Assembly: GCA_964016885.1 (NCBI GenBank)
Contig: OZ024742.1
Location: 285,386,001-285,450,000 of the forward strand
Length of the DNA: 64,000 nt
Origin: Eledone cirrhosa
Taxonomy: Eukaryota
Direction: 5' to 3'
Shown: positions 27,601-40,669 of the stretch, one piece after another
How positions within the stretch are numbered: position 1 is the first letter of the stretch
How the letters are laid out: each line of letters starts with the position of its first letter
Position numbers and translations under genes: made by a program
The notes under the pieces: generated by a model
Database searches by the model: none
Told to the model about the DNA's origin: nothing
Seen by the model: the letters and a program-made list of their open reading frames with translations, nothing else

Positions 27601-29922
27601 TATTGGTGGTGGTGGTAGAATTGGTGGTATTGGTGGTGGTAGTAGTAGTGGTGGCAGTGATGGTATGGTTGTGGTGGTAGTAGTGGTGGCAGTGATGGTA
27701 TTGGTGGTGGTGGTAGTAGTGGTGGCAGTGATGGTATTGGTGGTGGTGGTAGTAGTGGTGGTATTGGTGGTGGTGGTAGAAGTGGTGGTATTGGTGGTGG
27801 TAGTAGTAGTGGTGGCAGTGATGGTATTGGTTGTGGTGGTAGTAGTGGTGGCAGTGATGGTATTGTTGGTGGTGGTAGTAGTGGTAGAAATGATGGTATT
27901 GGTGGTGGTGGTAGAAGTGGTAGAAGTGATGGTATTGGTGGTGGTGGTAGTAGTGGTGGCAGTGATGGTATTGGTGGTGGTGGTAGTAGTGGTGGCAGTG
28001 ATGGTATTGGTGCGGTAGTAGTAGTGGTGGTGGTGGTAGTAGTGGTGGCAGTGATGGTATTGTTGGTGGTGGTAGTAGTGGTGGCAGTGATGGTATTGGT
28101 GGTGGTGGTAGTAGTGGTGGCAGTGATGGTATTGGTTGTGGTGGTAGTAGTGGTAGAAATGATGGTATTGGTGGTGGTGGTAGAAGTGGTAGAAGTGATG
28201 GTATTGGTGGTGGTGGTAGTAGTGGTGGCAGTGATGGTATTGGTGGTGGTGGTAGTAGTGGTGGCAGTGATGGTATTGGTGCGGTAGTAGTAGTGGTGGT
28301 GGTGGTAGTAGTGGTGGCAGTGATGGTATTGGTGGTGGTGGTAGTAGTGGTGGCAGTGATGGTATTAGTGGTGGTGGTAGTAGTGGTAGAAGTGATGGTA
28401 TTGGTGGTGGTGGTAGTAGTGGTGGCAGTGATGGTATTAGTGGTGGTGGTAGTAGTGGTAGAAGTGATGGTATTGGTGGTGGTGGTATTGGTGGTGGCAT
28501 TGATGGTATTGGTGGTGGTGGTAGTAGTGGTGGCAGTGATGGTATTGGTGCGGTAGTAGTAGTGGTGGTGGTGGTAGTAGTGGTGGCAGTGATGGTATTG
28601 GTGGCGGTGGTAGTAGTGGTGGTATTGGTGGTGGTAGAAGTGGTGGTATTGGTGGTGGTAGTAGTAGTGGTGGCAGTGATGGTATTGGTTGTGGTGGTAG
28701 TAGTGGTGGCAGTGATGGTATTGGTGCGGTAGTAGTAGTGGTGGTGGTGGTAGTAGTGGTGGCAGTGATGGTATTGGTGGTGGTGGTAGTAGTGGTGGCA
28801 GTGATGGTATTAGTGGTGGTGGTAGTAGTGGTAGAAGTGATGGTATTGGTGGTGGTGGTAGTAGTGGTGGCAGTGATGGTATTAGTGGTGGTGGTAGTAG
28901 TGGTAGAAGTGATGGTATTGGTGGTGGTGGTATTGGTGGTGGCATTGATGGTATTGGTGGTGGTGGTAGTAGTGGTGGCAGTGATGGTATTGGTGCGGTA
29001 GTAGTAGTGGTGGTGGTGGTAGTAGTGGTGGCAGTGATGGTATTGGTGGCGGTGGTAGTAGTGGTGGTATTGGTGGTGGTAGAAGTGGTGGTATTGGTGG
29101 TGGTAGTAGTAGTGGTGGCAGTGATGGTATTGGTTGTGGTGGTAGTAGTGGTGGCAGTGATGGTATTGGTGGTGGTGGAAGTGATGGTATTGGTGGTGGT
29201 GATAGTAGTTGTGGCAGTGATGGTATTGGTGGTGGTGGTAGTAGTGGTGGCAGTGATGGTATTGGTGGTGGTGGTAGTAGTAGTGGCAGTGATGGTATTG
29301 GTGGTGATGGTAGTAGTGGTGGCAGTGATGGTATTGGTGGTGGTGGTAGTAGTGGTGGCAGTGATGGTATTGGTGGTGGTGGTAGTAGTGGTGGCAGTGA
29401 TGCTATTGGTGGTGATGGTAGTAGTGGTGGCAGTGATGGTATTGGTGGTGGTGGTAGTAGTGGTGGTATTGGTGGTATTGGTGGTGGTGGTAGAAGTGAT
29501 GGCAGTGATGGTATTGGTGCTGGTGGTTGTAGTGGTGGCAGTGATGGTATTGGTGGTGGTGATAGTAGTGGTGGCAGTGATGGTATTGGTGTTGGTGGTA
29601 GTAGTGGTGGCAGTGATGTTATTGGTGCTGGTGGTTGTAGTGGTGGCAGTGATGGTATTGGTTGTGGTAGTAGTAGTGGTGACAGTGATGGTATTGGTGG
29701 TGGTGGTAGTAATGGTGGCAGTGATGATATTGGTGGTGGTGGTAGTGGTGGCAGTGATGGTATTGGTTGTGGTGGTTGTAGTGGTGGCAGTGATGGTATT
29801 GGTGGTGGTGGTTGTAGTTGTGGCAGTGATGGTATTGGTGCGGTAGTAGTAGTGGTGGTAGTGGTATTAGTGGTACAAGTGATGTTATTGGTGGTGGTGG
29901 TAGTAGTGGTGGTGGTGATGGT
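18667..29922 (+). repeat. ~11-kb minisatellite, 36-bp consensus GGCAGTGATGGTATTGGTGGTGGTGGTAGTAGTGGT
   Basis: Direct reading; variant units and higher-order duplications. Confidence 0.98.
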
Positions 29923-30034
29923 AGGAATTACTAATTTATGTGCAAGGCCAGCAATTTAGTTATCATGGAAAGTAACTTTCATTGGTCAATCAGTCAGCAC
30001 AATGTTATTACACCAGAGTTTCTGGATTCCATCC

Positions 30035-30400
30035 ATTCTCACTCTTGCATTCTCTCTCTTATATTATCTCTCCTACATTCTCTCTCTTACATTCTCTCTC
30101 TTACATTCTCTCTCTTACATTCTCTCTCTTACATTCTCCCTCTTTCATTGCCTCTCTTTCATTCTCTCTCTTTCATTCTTTCTCTTTCATTCTCTCTCTC
30201 GTTCATTCTCTCTTTCTCTCTTTCTCTCTTTCATTAATTCTCCTGCATTCTCTCTCTCTCTTTCATATTCACTCTTTCTTTCATTCTCCTCCGTTCTCTC
30301 TCATTCACTCTCTCTCATTCCCTCTCTCTTTCTTTCATTCTTTCGCGTCCATTCCATTCTCTCTCCCATTCTCTCTTCCCCCTCTTCTCTCTCTCTCTCC
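30035..30400. repeat. CATTCTCTCTCTTA-type CT-rich tandem repeat
   Basis: Direct reading. Confidence 0.85.
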
Positions 30401-30792
30401 TTCACCTAATCTCATTTCACCACCTTATGTCCCACTTACCACTCCTCCTCGCCCCCACCTCACCCCTGCCCACCCCACCCTCTCTCCCACCCCGTCCTTA
30501 ACCACACGGCCATACATGTGCTTCAGTTCCAGTCCAACATTAACCCTGTTAAATATTCCCAGAATGGGAGGAAGGCATCCAAAGGTCATTGGCTCACAGT
30601 TTAGACTAAACCCTAACAAGAATCTCCTTCTACCTCTCTTTGTTTACATTACACAAATCACAAGAGACAACAGCGTTGATTTGTTGTGATTATTTATAAG
30701 GAAATATGTATTTGACATTCCTTTACATAAATATAAAACATATATACATACACATACATAAATTACACAAACATACGCACATATGTAGGTAC

Positions 30793-30860
<68 letters not shown>

Positions 30861-30960
30861 TGCAAGGTCAACAACATTCAAAAAGCAGTTTTAAAGCAAA
30901 ATTCATAAATCATACAACGGTGTATATGTATTGCATGTATGTGCGCACACACACACACAC

Positions 30961-30991
<31 letters not shown>

Positions 30992-31984
30992 TAGGTTAAC
31001 TATGCTGTGAGGTTACCGGCGTTATGCAGTGTCCATGACCCAGAATGTAGAATGCAAACTTTCACCTTATCTAAATGCTATTTACATTGGATGTGCATAT
31101 ATGTCTAATGTAAGCAGTGTATTCGCTGTATAATTCACGAATCTTTTGTTGGATTGTATTTCAAGTGTACTGGGTTATTCTTCAGTACTAAATAGCATGC
31201 CACAGTTTCTAATTATTATTATTTTCTTTTGTTTGAGAAAATATATAAAGTTTATTATAAAATAAATATAATGAAAAACAAACATATAAAACAATATATA
31301 AAAATCTCAAAATGTCATGGAGAACCGTTGACATATAAAAATAATTGAGCAGTATTTAGTAAAAACAAAACACACTATTACATGGAACAAGAAAAAAAGG
31401 AAATGAAAAGAAGAAAAAAAGGATCAAGCTACAAAATAAAGGGAGATAGGGAGGGATAGACATTACACTACAGTCTGAGCCCTGCCTCAGCTATACCTCG
31501 CGGACAAATTGGTAACCTGTCACACTTTGTTGTGCTTTGTTTCGGTTTCCTAAAATGTCTGATTTTCCTGGAATGATTTAGCAGAAAATATCTAAAAACA
31601 AATTTGTCACTTCAAATGTTTATAATATCTTTATTAGATGACATATCGTTGTGAGAATTTGAAGTATTAGAATATAGTCTTTCATTTGAAATATGATGCA
31701 GTCAAAGTAATGTTTTTACTTTTTAAGTGTGTTTTGCTGATGGGGTCCTTATAGTGTAGGGTCTTAAGTGTTAAACACGTTTATATTAAACCGAGTGGGG
31801 ATTATTCTTTGAATGCGGACAAATATGTCTTATTTTAATTAGGGGTTTTAGCGAACTGACGTCTATCGAATAGAATCGATCGACAAGATCTCAGACCTCA
31901 TTCGCTTACCGAATGGGTGGAGGGATTCATAAAATTGGACCAAGGAAACAATATTTCTTTTGAACTTTCTATTGCTGATACTAT

Positions 31985-32127
31985 TTACCGGTCGCAATTC
32001 CTGACAGACAGAAGGAACAATGTAAAATAAAGTGTCTTGCTGAATGACATAACGCATCGACCGGTCGGGGAATCGAATTCGCAACCTCGTGATTGCAAAT
32101 CATTTCTCTAACCACTAAACCACACGT
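31985..32127 (-). mobile_element. tRNA-derived CORE-type SINE fragment
   Basis: Minus strand TGGTTTAGTGGTTAG A-box, GAATTCGATTCCC B-box-like, CAGCAAGACACTT CORE-like block. Confidence 0.6.
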
Positions 32128-32652
32128 TATCTCAAGTGAACTGACGGCAGGAGAGAGTTCTTTGTAGTATTTATTCCGACTCACTGCATTATGATATTCA
32201 ATCCCGCTGGGGTCACCTTTGCTGTTCATCATTTTGCAGTCGATAAAAAAAGTACAAGGTGGTAGACTGACAGAATTGTTAGAGGACTGGTGAGATGCTT
32301 TGTATTATCTGTTCTGGTTCTTTACCTTTTGAGATCAAATTCCGTTGTGGCTTACCAGATGTAATCCGTCACGTGGTTTAATACACCATCGCTACCTAAC
32401 CATTGGGCTTTTTTAGTGGAGTCCAGTATGATACAAACGTTTGGGCCAAGGTCTCTGATTTAAGGATAACTATTTACATCTTTCCCAACACTGACGGATG
32501 CCCCGAAAAAGGTAATAGGCCCTGCTCTTTTCTTCCTGACTAAACAGTAAAAGAAATGGGCGGAGAAGTATGGTGGATTTTCGATAAACCGAAAGTCATA
32601 TTCAGATCATAATCTTGTTCAAAATAGTACCTTTTATCTCACAGTTAAGCGT

Positions 32653-33188
32653 CTTCTTCTTCTTCTTCTTCTTCTTCTTCTTCTTCTTCTTCTTGAGAGG
32701 GTCGTGGGGGAAGAGTCCTCAAACATTCCTTCCAGCGGGTCCTGTCAGCAGCAACCGTCTCCAACTGATCCGGCTAGATCCCCAAGCGCCACCAGCCAAG
32801 CTCATGGATATTATCCAACCATCTTGCTCGGGGTCAACTCCTAGGTCTCCTACCAGTTGGTTTTGCCTGTAAAATCTGTCCAGCGATTCTCTCCTGAATC
32901 ATTCTAACTACATGCCCATAGTATCGGAGCTGTGATCTCTTAATTCTGAGAAGTAGCAGCTCTACCTGGAATGACTCTCTGATCTACGAGCTACACACTC
33001 TTATCGAGTAACGTTACTCCAAAGACCGGAGGAAACCATTTCGGCTGCTTGTATTCGTGATCGTATTCTTTCGGCCATTACCCAATATTCATGACCATAG
33101 GTAAGGGTTGGTACGAAAACTGAATTGAAGATTACGCCTACCTTCCTTCTTCTGATTACTGAATGCTGAAGCTGGCTCATTACTGCAG
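32653..33188 (-). mobile_element. RTE (Rex3/Expander-like) LINE 3' end with (GAA)n tail
   Basis: Homologous to 12947-13397 and 17173-17432; (CTT)n at 32653-32693 is the minus-strand tail. Confidence 0.82.
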
Positions 33189-33962
33189 TTAAACTTGCCT
33201 GACCAAACTATATTGCGATAGATTGTCCCCGCCCAAGCTGGAATCTTCTCAGTCATCTAACGCTTTCGGGGAGTGGGGGTTAAACACCGCCTCTATGCCT
33301 GATGGTACTCTAGACCCAAGAAATACTATAACCAAACTAAACTTTATAAAAAGGTGGCGAATTGGCGATGAAGTTAGATCACCAAAATGGAAAAAATACC
33401 TCGTTATTTGCTCCAGCTTACTGATCTCTGAGGCCAAATTCCTCCCAGGTCAACATTGGCATCGGCCTTTCGAGGTCGATAAATAAAAAAAATATTTCAG
33501 TATTGCTATAGCTTCTGTCTCTATCTCTCTCGTTCTGTCTCTTTCTGTAAGACGTCAGAGGTGTTCTGAACTGGAATGGGATGGGCCCGCCAGGTTTAAA
33601 AAGCCCCCAAATTCGTCATGTGTCTGTACGGCTTACTCACGACTCGCTCAAAATCAAGAGCCTTTTACTTAAAAAAAATATTGTTAGACATCTAGCGCAA
33701 CTCTTTGTTTCTTCAGCTCGTTTACTTCAATCACGTGGCAAAAATAGAGCCATTGCAATAGCTTCGAATTATATATATATATATATATATTGAATAGCTT
33801 CGATATATATATATACATATATCAAAACTATTGAAATAGCTTCGATATATAAATATATATATCAAAGCTATCGAAATAGCTTCGATATATGTATGTATAT
33901 ATATACACATATGCATATGACAGCTCACTAAGTTCTATATATAGGAGACAGGCAGAAACATT

Positions 33963-34303
33963 CTTTTCTTATCTTATTGCAGTTGTTAGTAATTTTCTTT
34001 AGATAGAAATACGATTGAGTCTTCCAGGACAAAGAAATCCTAATTGTTAGATTTCTTAAGCAAAGCACGTGATTTCTGCCACACATGCTTGTCTTGTAAA
34101 GTTGCCATTTTCAGGACTTCTAAATCAATGGAAATAGAACATTGTACTATTTCAGAATATATTTCTAGATAGAAAACAGCCATGTCAAATGAAATATGGA
34201 TTAATATATCTTTTATATCATTTGGTTGGTTGTTTTATGATTTGATGTCTGTAATTTTAGAGAAGATAACTTCGTCAAACTCAACAGGAATACACTGGTC
34301 AAC
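33963..34303 (+). repeat. Second copy of the 341-bp duplicated segment
   Basis: Matches 17847-18187. Confidence 0.9.
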
Positions 34304-34519
34304 AACACATATTTAAAAATATTAGCCATGCCGTGGGTCAGCCAGCACATGGGCTCCCATTTACTTATAATAGTGAGAGATGGTGGCAGTGACAATGGGA
34401 ATGTGATTCTATTATGTTCAGTCCTTGTTAGGAATTTTTGTTTAATGTTTGGTTATTTTCACTGTAAAATTTACACATTGATAGATACATACAGTATTAT
34501 TATGGGTAGAGCTTTATAC

Positions 34520-34707
34520 ACCATTGCAGCATAGTTATAGCCCTTACGTTATGAGTTCAAATCCCGCCGAGGTTTGCTTTGCCTTTCATCCTTACTGGGT
34601 CGATAAAATAAAGTACCAGTCACGCACTGCGGTCGATTTAATCGACTTTCCCCTCCCCCAAAATTGCTGGCCTTGTGCCTATATAAGAAACCATTATTAT
34701 TATTATT
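34520..34707 (+). mobile_element. tRNA-SINE (long variant) whose (ATT)n tail abuts the Tx1-A insertion
   Basis: GAGTTCAAATCC, core domain, CCTTGTGCCTATATAAGAAACC(ATT)5. Confidence 0.85.
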
Positions 34708-34912
34708 GGTCTAAGCGGACGTATTTTGCTCGCTCACAGTAAGTCGCTTTATTTGCCTGTTAAAATTATTTGTTGTTAAATATTTCTTGTTGTGTAAGGG
34801 ATATAAGCCCTTAGACTTTGCCCCGTGAAGGGGAAAGTATAATATTTGGGCCTTTTGGCCCAAATATTTGAACTTTTTTTACATGTTAAAAAATTTACGA
34901 AGAAAAGAAAAC

Positions 34913-36888
34913 ATGGCTGAGCCACGCCCCCCCCCCCCCCGCGATATGTCGGCTGTCGTGCGACACCGACGTAGAAGTTGAGAGGAGCGCTACAGCGAAA
35001 TTAACACACATTGATAACACAAAGACCACCACAAACAAGGTAAACAAAGACACCAATGATACCAATAAGAACTCTAATTTGAAAGAAAATGACAGTAACA
35101 GCGACAACGAAAATACAGAAAACAAAAACAAATACAACAATATAAACACCACTAACATGAAAACAAATAGCGACAACACCAACAGCAACAATACCAACTG
35201 CACCGAGAACAACGGTGGCAGCAAAGACAACAATGATAACAGCGACAGTGCTAACAACAACACCAACAAGAACAACGTCAACAACACCCCCAACGAAAAT
35301 AAGACGACTTTCGCTGCGGCAGCAGCAAAAAAGGCCATGCTTCAACATGGACCTCTCAAACAAAGATGAAAAGTTGGCCCAGGCATGGAAGCTCATCAAG
35401 CAAGAGCAAACTTGGGCCAACTTAACTGTCCCGGTAGAAGCTATTGAGGCAGTGGAGCGCAAAACGGTGCATTATAGATGCATCTCAGCACAAACCAAAA
35501 GGGCAGCGTTAATCCCACAAGAAGATATCGAAGTCGCGCTGAGGTGCATCAGAGAAGACACCCAATACATAGAGAGGGGCAGACAGTACGGCACCATTTC
35601 GGTGTTGTTCAAGTCAGAAGCCCTCGCGATGAAACACGCCATGACTCCTTGCAAAACCAGCAAGGTCATAATGTACCCCTCCCACATGGGAAAAAGAACG
35701 GCCCGTCTCCGCATTCCCAGAATCCCACCAGGACTTGACATGTGGTGGCTTCTGGGATGTGTGATTGTGGAGGGGACGGATACAGTCCCTATAGAAGTGA
35801 CCAGAACGGCCAGAGAGGACTGGTCCGGGGTTGACCTGGAGATCCTTCTCCAGATCAGGCCCGAGAATGTGAAGACAATCCCAGACCACATCCGCCTTTA
35901 GAATGGGACGGTCATTCACATTATGACCGAAGGCAAAAGGCCGCAGTGTTTTGTTTGTGGGGAAAAAAACCCATTTGCGAGCCTTCTGCCCTCAACTGCT
36001 GAAAGAGGCAAGGGCTCGAAAGGCTCCACTGCTGCCGACGCCGGGGCGAGGACCACAACCAACACCAGCACCAGCAAAACCACCAACAACAACACCAACA
36101 GAAAGACCACCACCAACATTGACCACCCAGGGGGGAAACGAGGAAAGCTGTCAAATTCCCCCCCCCCCCCCAAAAAAAATACACACACCAATAAAACCTT
36201 AAACATACATACAGACACACTTACAGAAACAGACCCCTCATCTACCAGTAGTGAAAATGAGGGAAATCCCAAATCCCCCAAAATACAAAAAAGGAAACAC
36301 AAAAAGAAAAAAAAAACTCAACAAAGCACAAAAGCACCCACAATAAAAAACGCAGACACCACCCACGCAAACATCTCTCCAATAACACCAACATCAACCC
36401 CACCATCACCATCACCAGAATCCCCCAAACGCAAACAACCGAAACAGACGCAAGAACAAATATACACACAAACATCTAAAAACACAGACATCGCACTCAC
36501 AACAAACACAGATACAACCGAAACAACACCACCAAAACCATCACCACCACAGCCACGCAAACAAATAAAATCACACCAACTAAACATACAAAACTTTGTG
36601 CTCGTCAGGAGGGCCAACAAGGAACTGATGGCCCTCGTAGCACGAAGTGAAAATATACAAAAAGAGGGGGAAATGTTTAAATCGAGCACATTTCGCGTGC
36701 CGGAAGATTTGGTTCTGGTGCGAATGTCGCTCGACATATTCAAAGAAATACGAGACAGCTTTCCTCGGGACGTGGGAACCCCGAACATAAAACCCACTTC
36801 AAGACTTTTAAAGGGGTTCCCAAAAGAAACCCCACTAACTATGGAGGTCGAACAACCCGACCTTCACAAGAGCCCGGAAGGTAAGTAA
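34913..36888 (+). pseudogene. Tx1-A ORF1 (gag-like), disrupted
   Basis: Asn/Thr-rich N-terminus, TFAAAAAK, CX2CX4HX4C knuckle (CFVCGEKTHLRAFC across a homopolymer frameshift), low-complexity linker; C-terminal domain homologous to Tx1-B ORF1. Confidence 0.8.
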
Positions 36889-36919
36889 ACCTTCCTCTCT
36901 CTCTGTTTAACCTGCCAAC

Positions 36920-39900
36920 ATGACCGTATTAAGAGTAGGATATTTAAATGTTCGAGGCCTGGGATAGTCCTGGAAGCAGGGTCACCTGCTCAACGACCTC
37001 AGGTCTATAGAAATGGATGTAATTGCAGTCAGCGAGACCAGGATTTCCGACACGCGCGCACTAGCCCCCATTTTCGACGACTATCAGATTTTTGCATCTG
37101 TTAGCCAGCCGGGAACGGAAGGCGGGGTGGCAGTGGTGTTTAGGAAAGGCCTGGATCTCGAGGTAAGGTCGATCTTCCGGAACCCGCACGGGAAGTTGGT
37201 GGTCCTAGACGTGAACAATGATGAAGGTGGTACCTTTAGACTGGTGGCCGTCTATGCTCTTACTGGGGCAGGACGGCCGGACTTCTTTAGACGCCTGGAA
37301 GCCTTTCTGGGTACGTCTCGCCCTTTACTGTTAGCGGGGGACTGGAACGGCATCTTAGACGCACACTGGGACTGTGTGGGAGTATCCGATAGGAGCCGGG
37401 GGGTGCAAAAGCCTCAGGAACCTGATCAGCCAGTTCCAACTGTCTGACAGGTACCGACTAGATTTCCCTAATGCGCCAGTGTGGACCTGGGCTAACCGCA
37501 TAGGGTCATCTAGATCGTATATAGACAGGATATTCATTAGGAAAATAGACAGAAATAGTGTAAGCTGTCCACGTTTTGAAACGGTCGCCTATTCAGATCA
37601 CAAGTTTGTGATCTGTATGGTCGACCTAGATAAGACGCGTAGGTTAGGACCTGGTTACTGGAAGCTAAACCTGTCATTTCCGGCACGTAAGGCTTAAAGG
37701 GACCAGGTCAACAATTTAGTTAAGAAAAAGTTGACAGGGGGAGTCGTCAACAATAGATGGTAGGGGGCTCTCAAAAGAGAGATTAGAGTAATGTCGATAG
37801 AGTTTAGCAAAGAAGTAGCATTAGAGAAAAATAGAAAGGAGGGAGAGTTGGTAGATAAGTTAGACGAGGCTATTGGTAGTGGCATTGCAACTGATGTGCT
37901 AGCGGCGAGAATGGCATTAGACCATTTCTTCAATGCGAAACACGAAGGTTGCATTGTCAGAGCTAAGGCGCGTGCTCTGAGAAACGAGGGAACCAAAGCT
38001 GTTCGATGGGCCCGCGTGGCAGAGGCGCAGCGTGGTAATAAAACCACGATTCGGTCTTTGACGGACCGAGACGGGCTCGAGCTGAGCGATTCCAAGAGGA
38101 TGTATGAGGTCTTTCGCCAACATTTTGCTCGGTTGTTCGGGGGAAGTGGCGGGTCAAAAATGGTGGCGGACTTCAGTCCCTACCTCGATGGCTTGCCGCA
38201 ACTCTCGACGGCTGACGCTGGGCGCTGCGAAAGGCCAATTACTTCAGCCGAGATTCAGGATGCCCTTGTAGGCTGCATGAGGCGCAAGTCACCCGGTTTG
38301 GATGGTCTGCCCTACGAGCTTTACGTAAATATGCCAGACTTGTTCTCCAATCTCCTCGAAGCCCTCTACTGCAACTGGCAGCAAAACGGGAGTATTCCCA
38401 GTTCTGTGAGCCGGGGCATAGTGACGCTGATAAGGAAAGACGAGAACAAGAGGGACACATTAGACAATTTCAGGCCCATAACTCTGCTCAACACAGAGTT
38501 TAAGATTTTGGCCAGGGTGTTAGCGAAGAGGTTGGCGCTTGTCGTCGAGGATTTGGTTGGGGAGGCGCAAACTTGCGCAATCCCAACCAGGTCCATACAC
38601 GACAACCTCCACCTAATGCGATACATCATAGAGAGGGTAGGGTGTAAACCTGGCTTCGGTGGGGCTCTGATCAATTTAGATCAATCGAAAGCATTCGATA
38701 AGGTCGACCATCGGTACCTGGAGGCTGTCGTCAAGGCGGCTGGCTTCGGCCCCGTCTTCAGAAGCTGGATCGCTGCAATGCACAGCGGCACCTGCTCGAT
38801 GGTCAAAATTAATGGCCACTTCTCGGAACCGTTTCAGGTCTCCCGATCGGTCCGTCAAGGGTGCCCTCTCTCCTCCCTTCTGTACGTATTGACTCTCGAG
38901 CCTTTACTGCAGAAGCTGGAGCTGTTGCAGGGCATCCCGCTCGTACCGGGACGCGGAAAGGTTGTGTCGGCTTATGCGGACGACATCACCGTGATGGTGT
39001 CGGACACCTCAGAAATCGAGGTGGTCGGCAACTTATTGGAGGAATATGAAAGGTTGACGGGAGCAAAACTTAACCCGGAAAAGTCAGTAGGCTTGCAACT
39101 TGGCACCTGGAGAGGCAAGTCCATGCCGTCCAACAGCGTCGTTAGGCGCTGGACGGACGGACCGGTAAAGTTACTAGGGGTTTGGTTCGGGCCAGACCTC
39201 CAGGTGGATAAGAATTGGGACGAGGTGACGGGCAGGGTAGTCAGTCTCACCCAGAAATGGGCTGGGATGAAGCTATCACTGAAAGGTCGGGCGGAGGTGG
39301 CGAACGCGTACATCGCGTCCGTCATCTACTACCGTCTGACTGTCGTCCCTTTCCCCCGTTCGCGCCTCGCCATCTTGGAGCGGCTCCTCTTCAAATTCTT
39401 GTGGAGGGGTCAGGTTCCGCTGGTGAGGCGGTCCATCTGCTGCCAGCACCCTCTACGTGGAGGGCTGGGCATGCCGTGGCTAATGATGCACAGGCACGCG
39501 CTGAGGCTGCGGCATCTCCAGATATTCTGCCTAAACGGTGAACAGGTGTGGTCGCCGTTTGTCAGACGGGCCTTTCCGCAGTTCGTTTCTTTGACTGAGT
39601 TGCAGTCCTGGGTCAAGAAGAGACCGAGACTGGGTGACTGGCATCTGGAATGTTGCCAGGCACTCACTGCCCTCTACCAGGCGGGAAATGCGGTCAGTGG
39701 AACTTCCACTCTCGAGTTCTATAGAGGATTAGTGGTGGGCAAGTGCGATGACGCACTCGGAGAGGCTCTGGGAGTCAACGAAGTCGAACTAACCAGTCTG
39801 TACTGGAGGACTTTCGAGCCGGGGACGATGGATAATTTCCAAAAATCCCTCGTTTGGCAGTGCTACCGGGGGGCACTGTCGGTTCGAGATAAACTCTACA

Positions 39901-40343
39901 GGCACGGAAGTGCTGTCAGACGGACCTGCCCGAGATGCGCGCTGAGCGACGAAACCGTTCTGCACGCACTCGTCCAGTGTCCGTGCATTACTGACTTGTG
40001 GAGTTATGTTGAACAGCTGTTGTCGCGTGTAGAACGGATCCGGCTATCGGCCGAGTCCATAGTGAAGATCGACCCGCCGCCTTCTTTTGGCCAGGAAGGG
40101 CAGGCAATTTTCCTCTGTCTGGTGGCAGTAACGAAAGAGGTTGTATGGTGGACGAGGTTGAAAGGACTGAAGATCGACACTTTTCTCTTCGGCCAATCCC
40201 TCATCAACTTTTTCAAGTTTCACTTGGAACGGAAGGTGAGGGTGGAGAGAGAAGTGCTTCCCCCCAGTACATTTGCTGAAAGGTGGGTGAATGTGGCGAG
40301 AATGGCCCGTGTGAGTGGGCCTACTCTGGTCATGCGGCTGTAG
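36920..40343 (+). pseudogene. Tx1-A ORF2: APE endonuclease, reverse transcriptase, C-terminal CCHC
   Basis: YLNVRG, VSET, GDWN, YIDRIF, SDH; SPGLDG, FRPITLLN, DQSKAFD, RQGCPLS, YADD; CPRC...HALVQC. Stops and a frameshift in the EN half; 37791-40343 uninterrupted. Confidence 0.95.
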
Positions 40344-40669
40344 GTAGGTAAATTTGAAGAGGAGAGGGGTGCCCTTCCAGGGTGCTCTCGAAGCGTCGGG
40401 TCGTTCAGGACTGGTGGGGTACCTGAGCGAACCCTAGGTGGTCATCCCCCCTATTGGGGAATTTTTTTTCTTGTTGTAATTTTATTGTTACTTTACTGTT
40501 ACTTTGTTATTGTTACTTTGTTTATTCATATTGTTTACTCGATTTTTCTGTAAAAGCCCACTGTCCCAGTCTTTTGTATTGTCCCCTATATGTCGGCCCT
40601 TGTGGCCAATAAATGAAATCATTATTATTATTAGTAGTAGTAGTAATAATAGTAGTAACGGCAGCAACA

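Larger units (their letters stand above)
34708..40620 (+). mobile_element. Full-length Tx1/L1-clade LINE, family A
   Basis: 5' UTR, ORF1 with zinc knuckle, ORF2 APE-RT-CCHC, AATAAA at 40608, (ATT)4 on both flanks (34696-34707, 40621-40632). Confidence 0.95.

Noticed and set aside
18520-29846. Poly-Val, mucin-like and extensin-like ORFs
   Set aside because: Products of a 36-bp minisatellite with frequent frame changes.
30505-30625. Possible short exon on either strand
   Set aside because: Splice signals are weak and no peptide is recognisable.
31457-31768. Possible old DNA transposon with imperfect AGAC..TACACTA inverted termini
   Set aside because: The inverted match is too short and a TSD is not seen on both sides.
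37395-37410. Programmed frameshift at a G-run homologous to Tx1-B 48473-48477
   Set aside because: The two copies are shifted in opposite directions (6 G with one extra versus 5 G with one missing), which fits homopolymer mutation or sequencing error.
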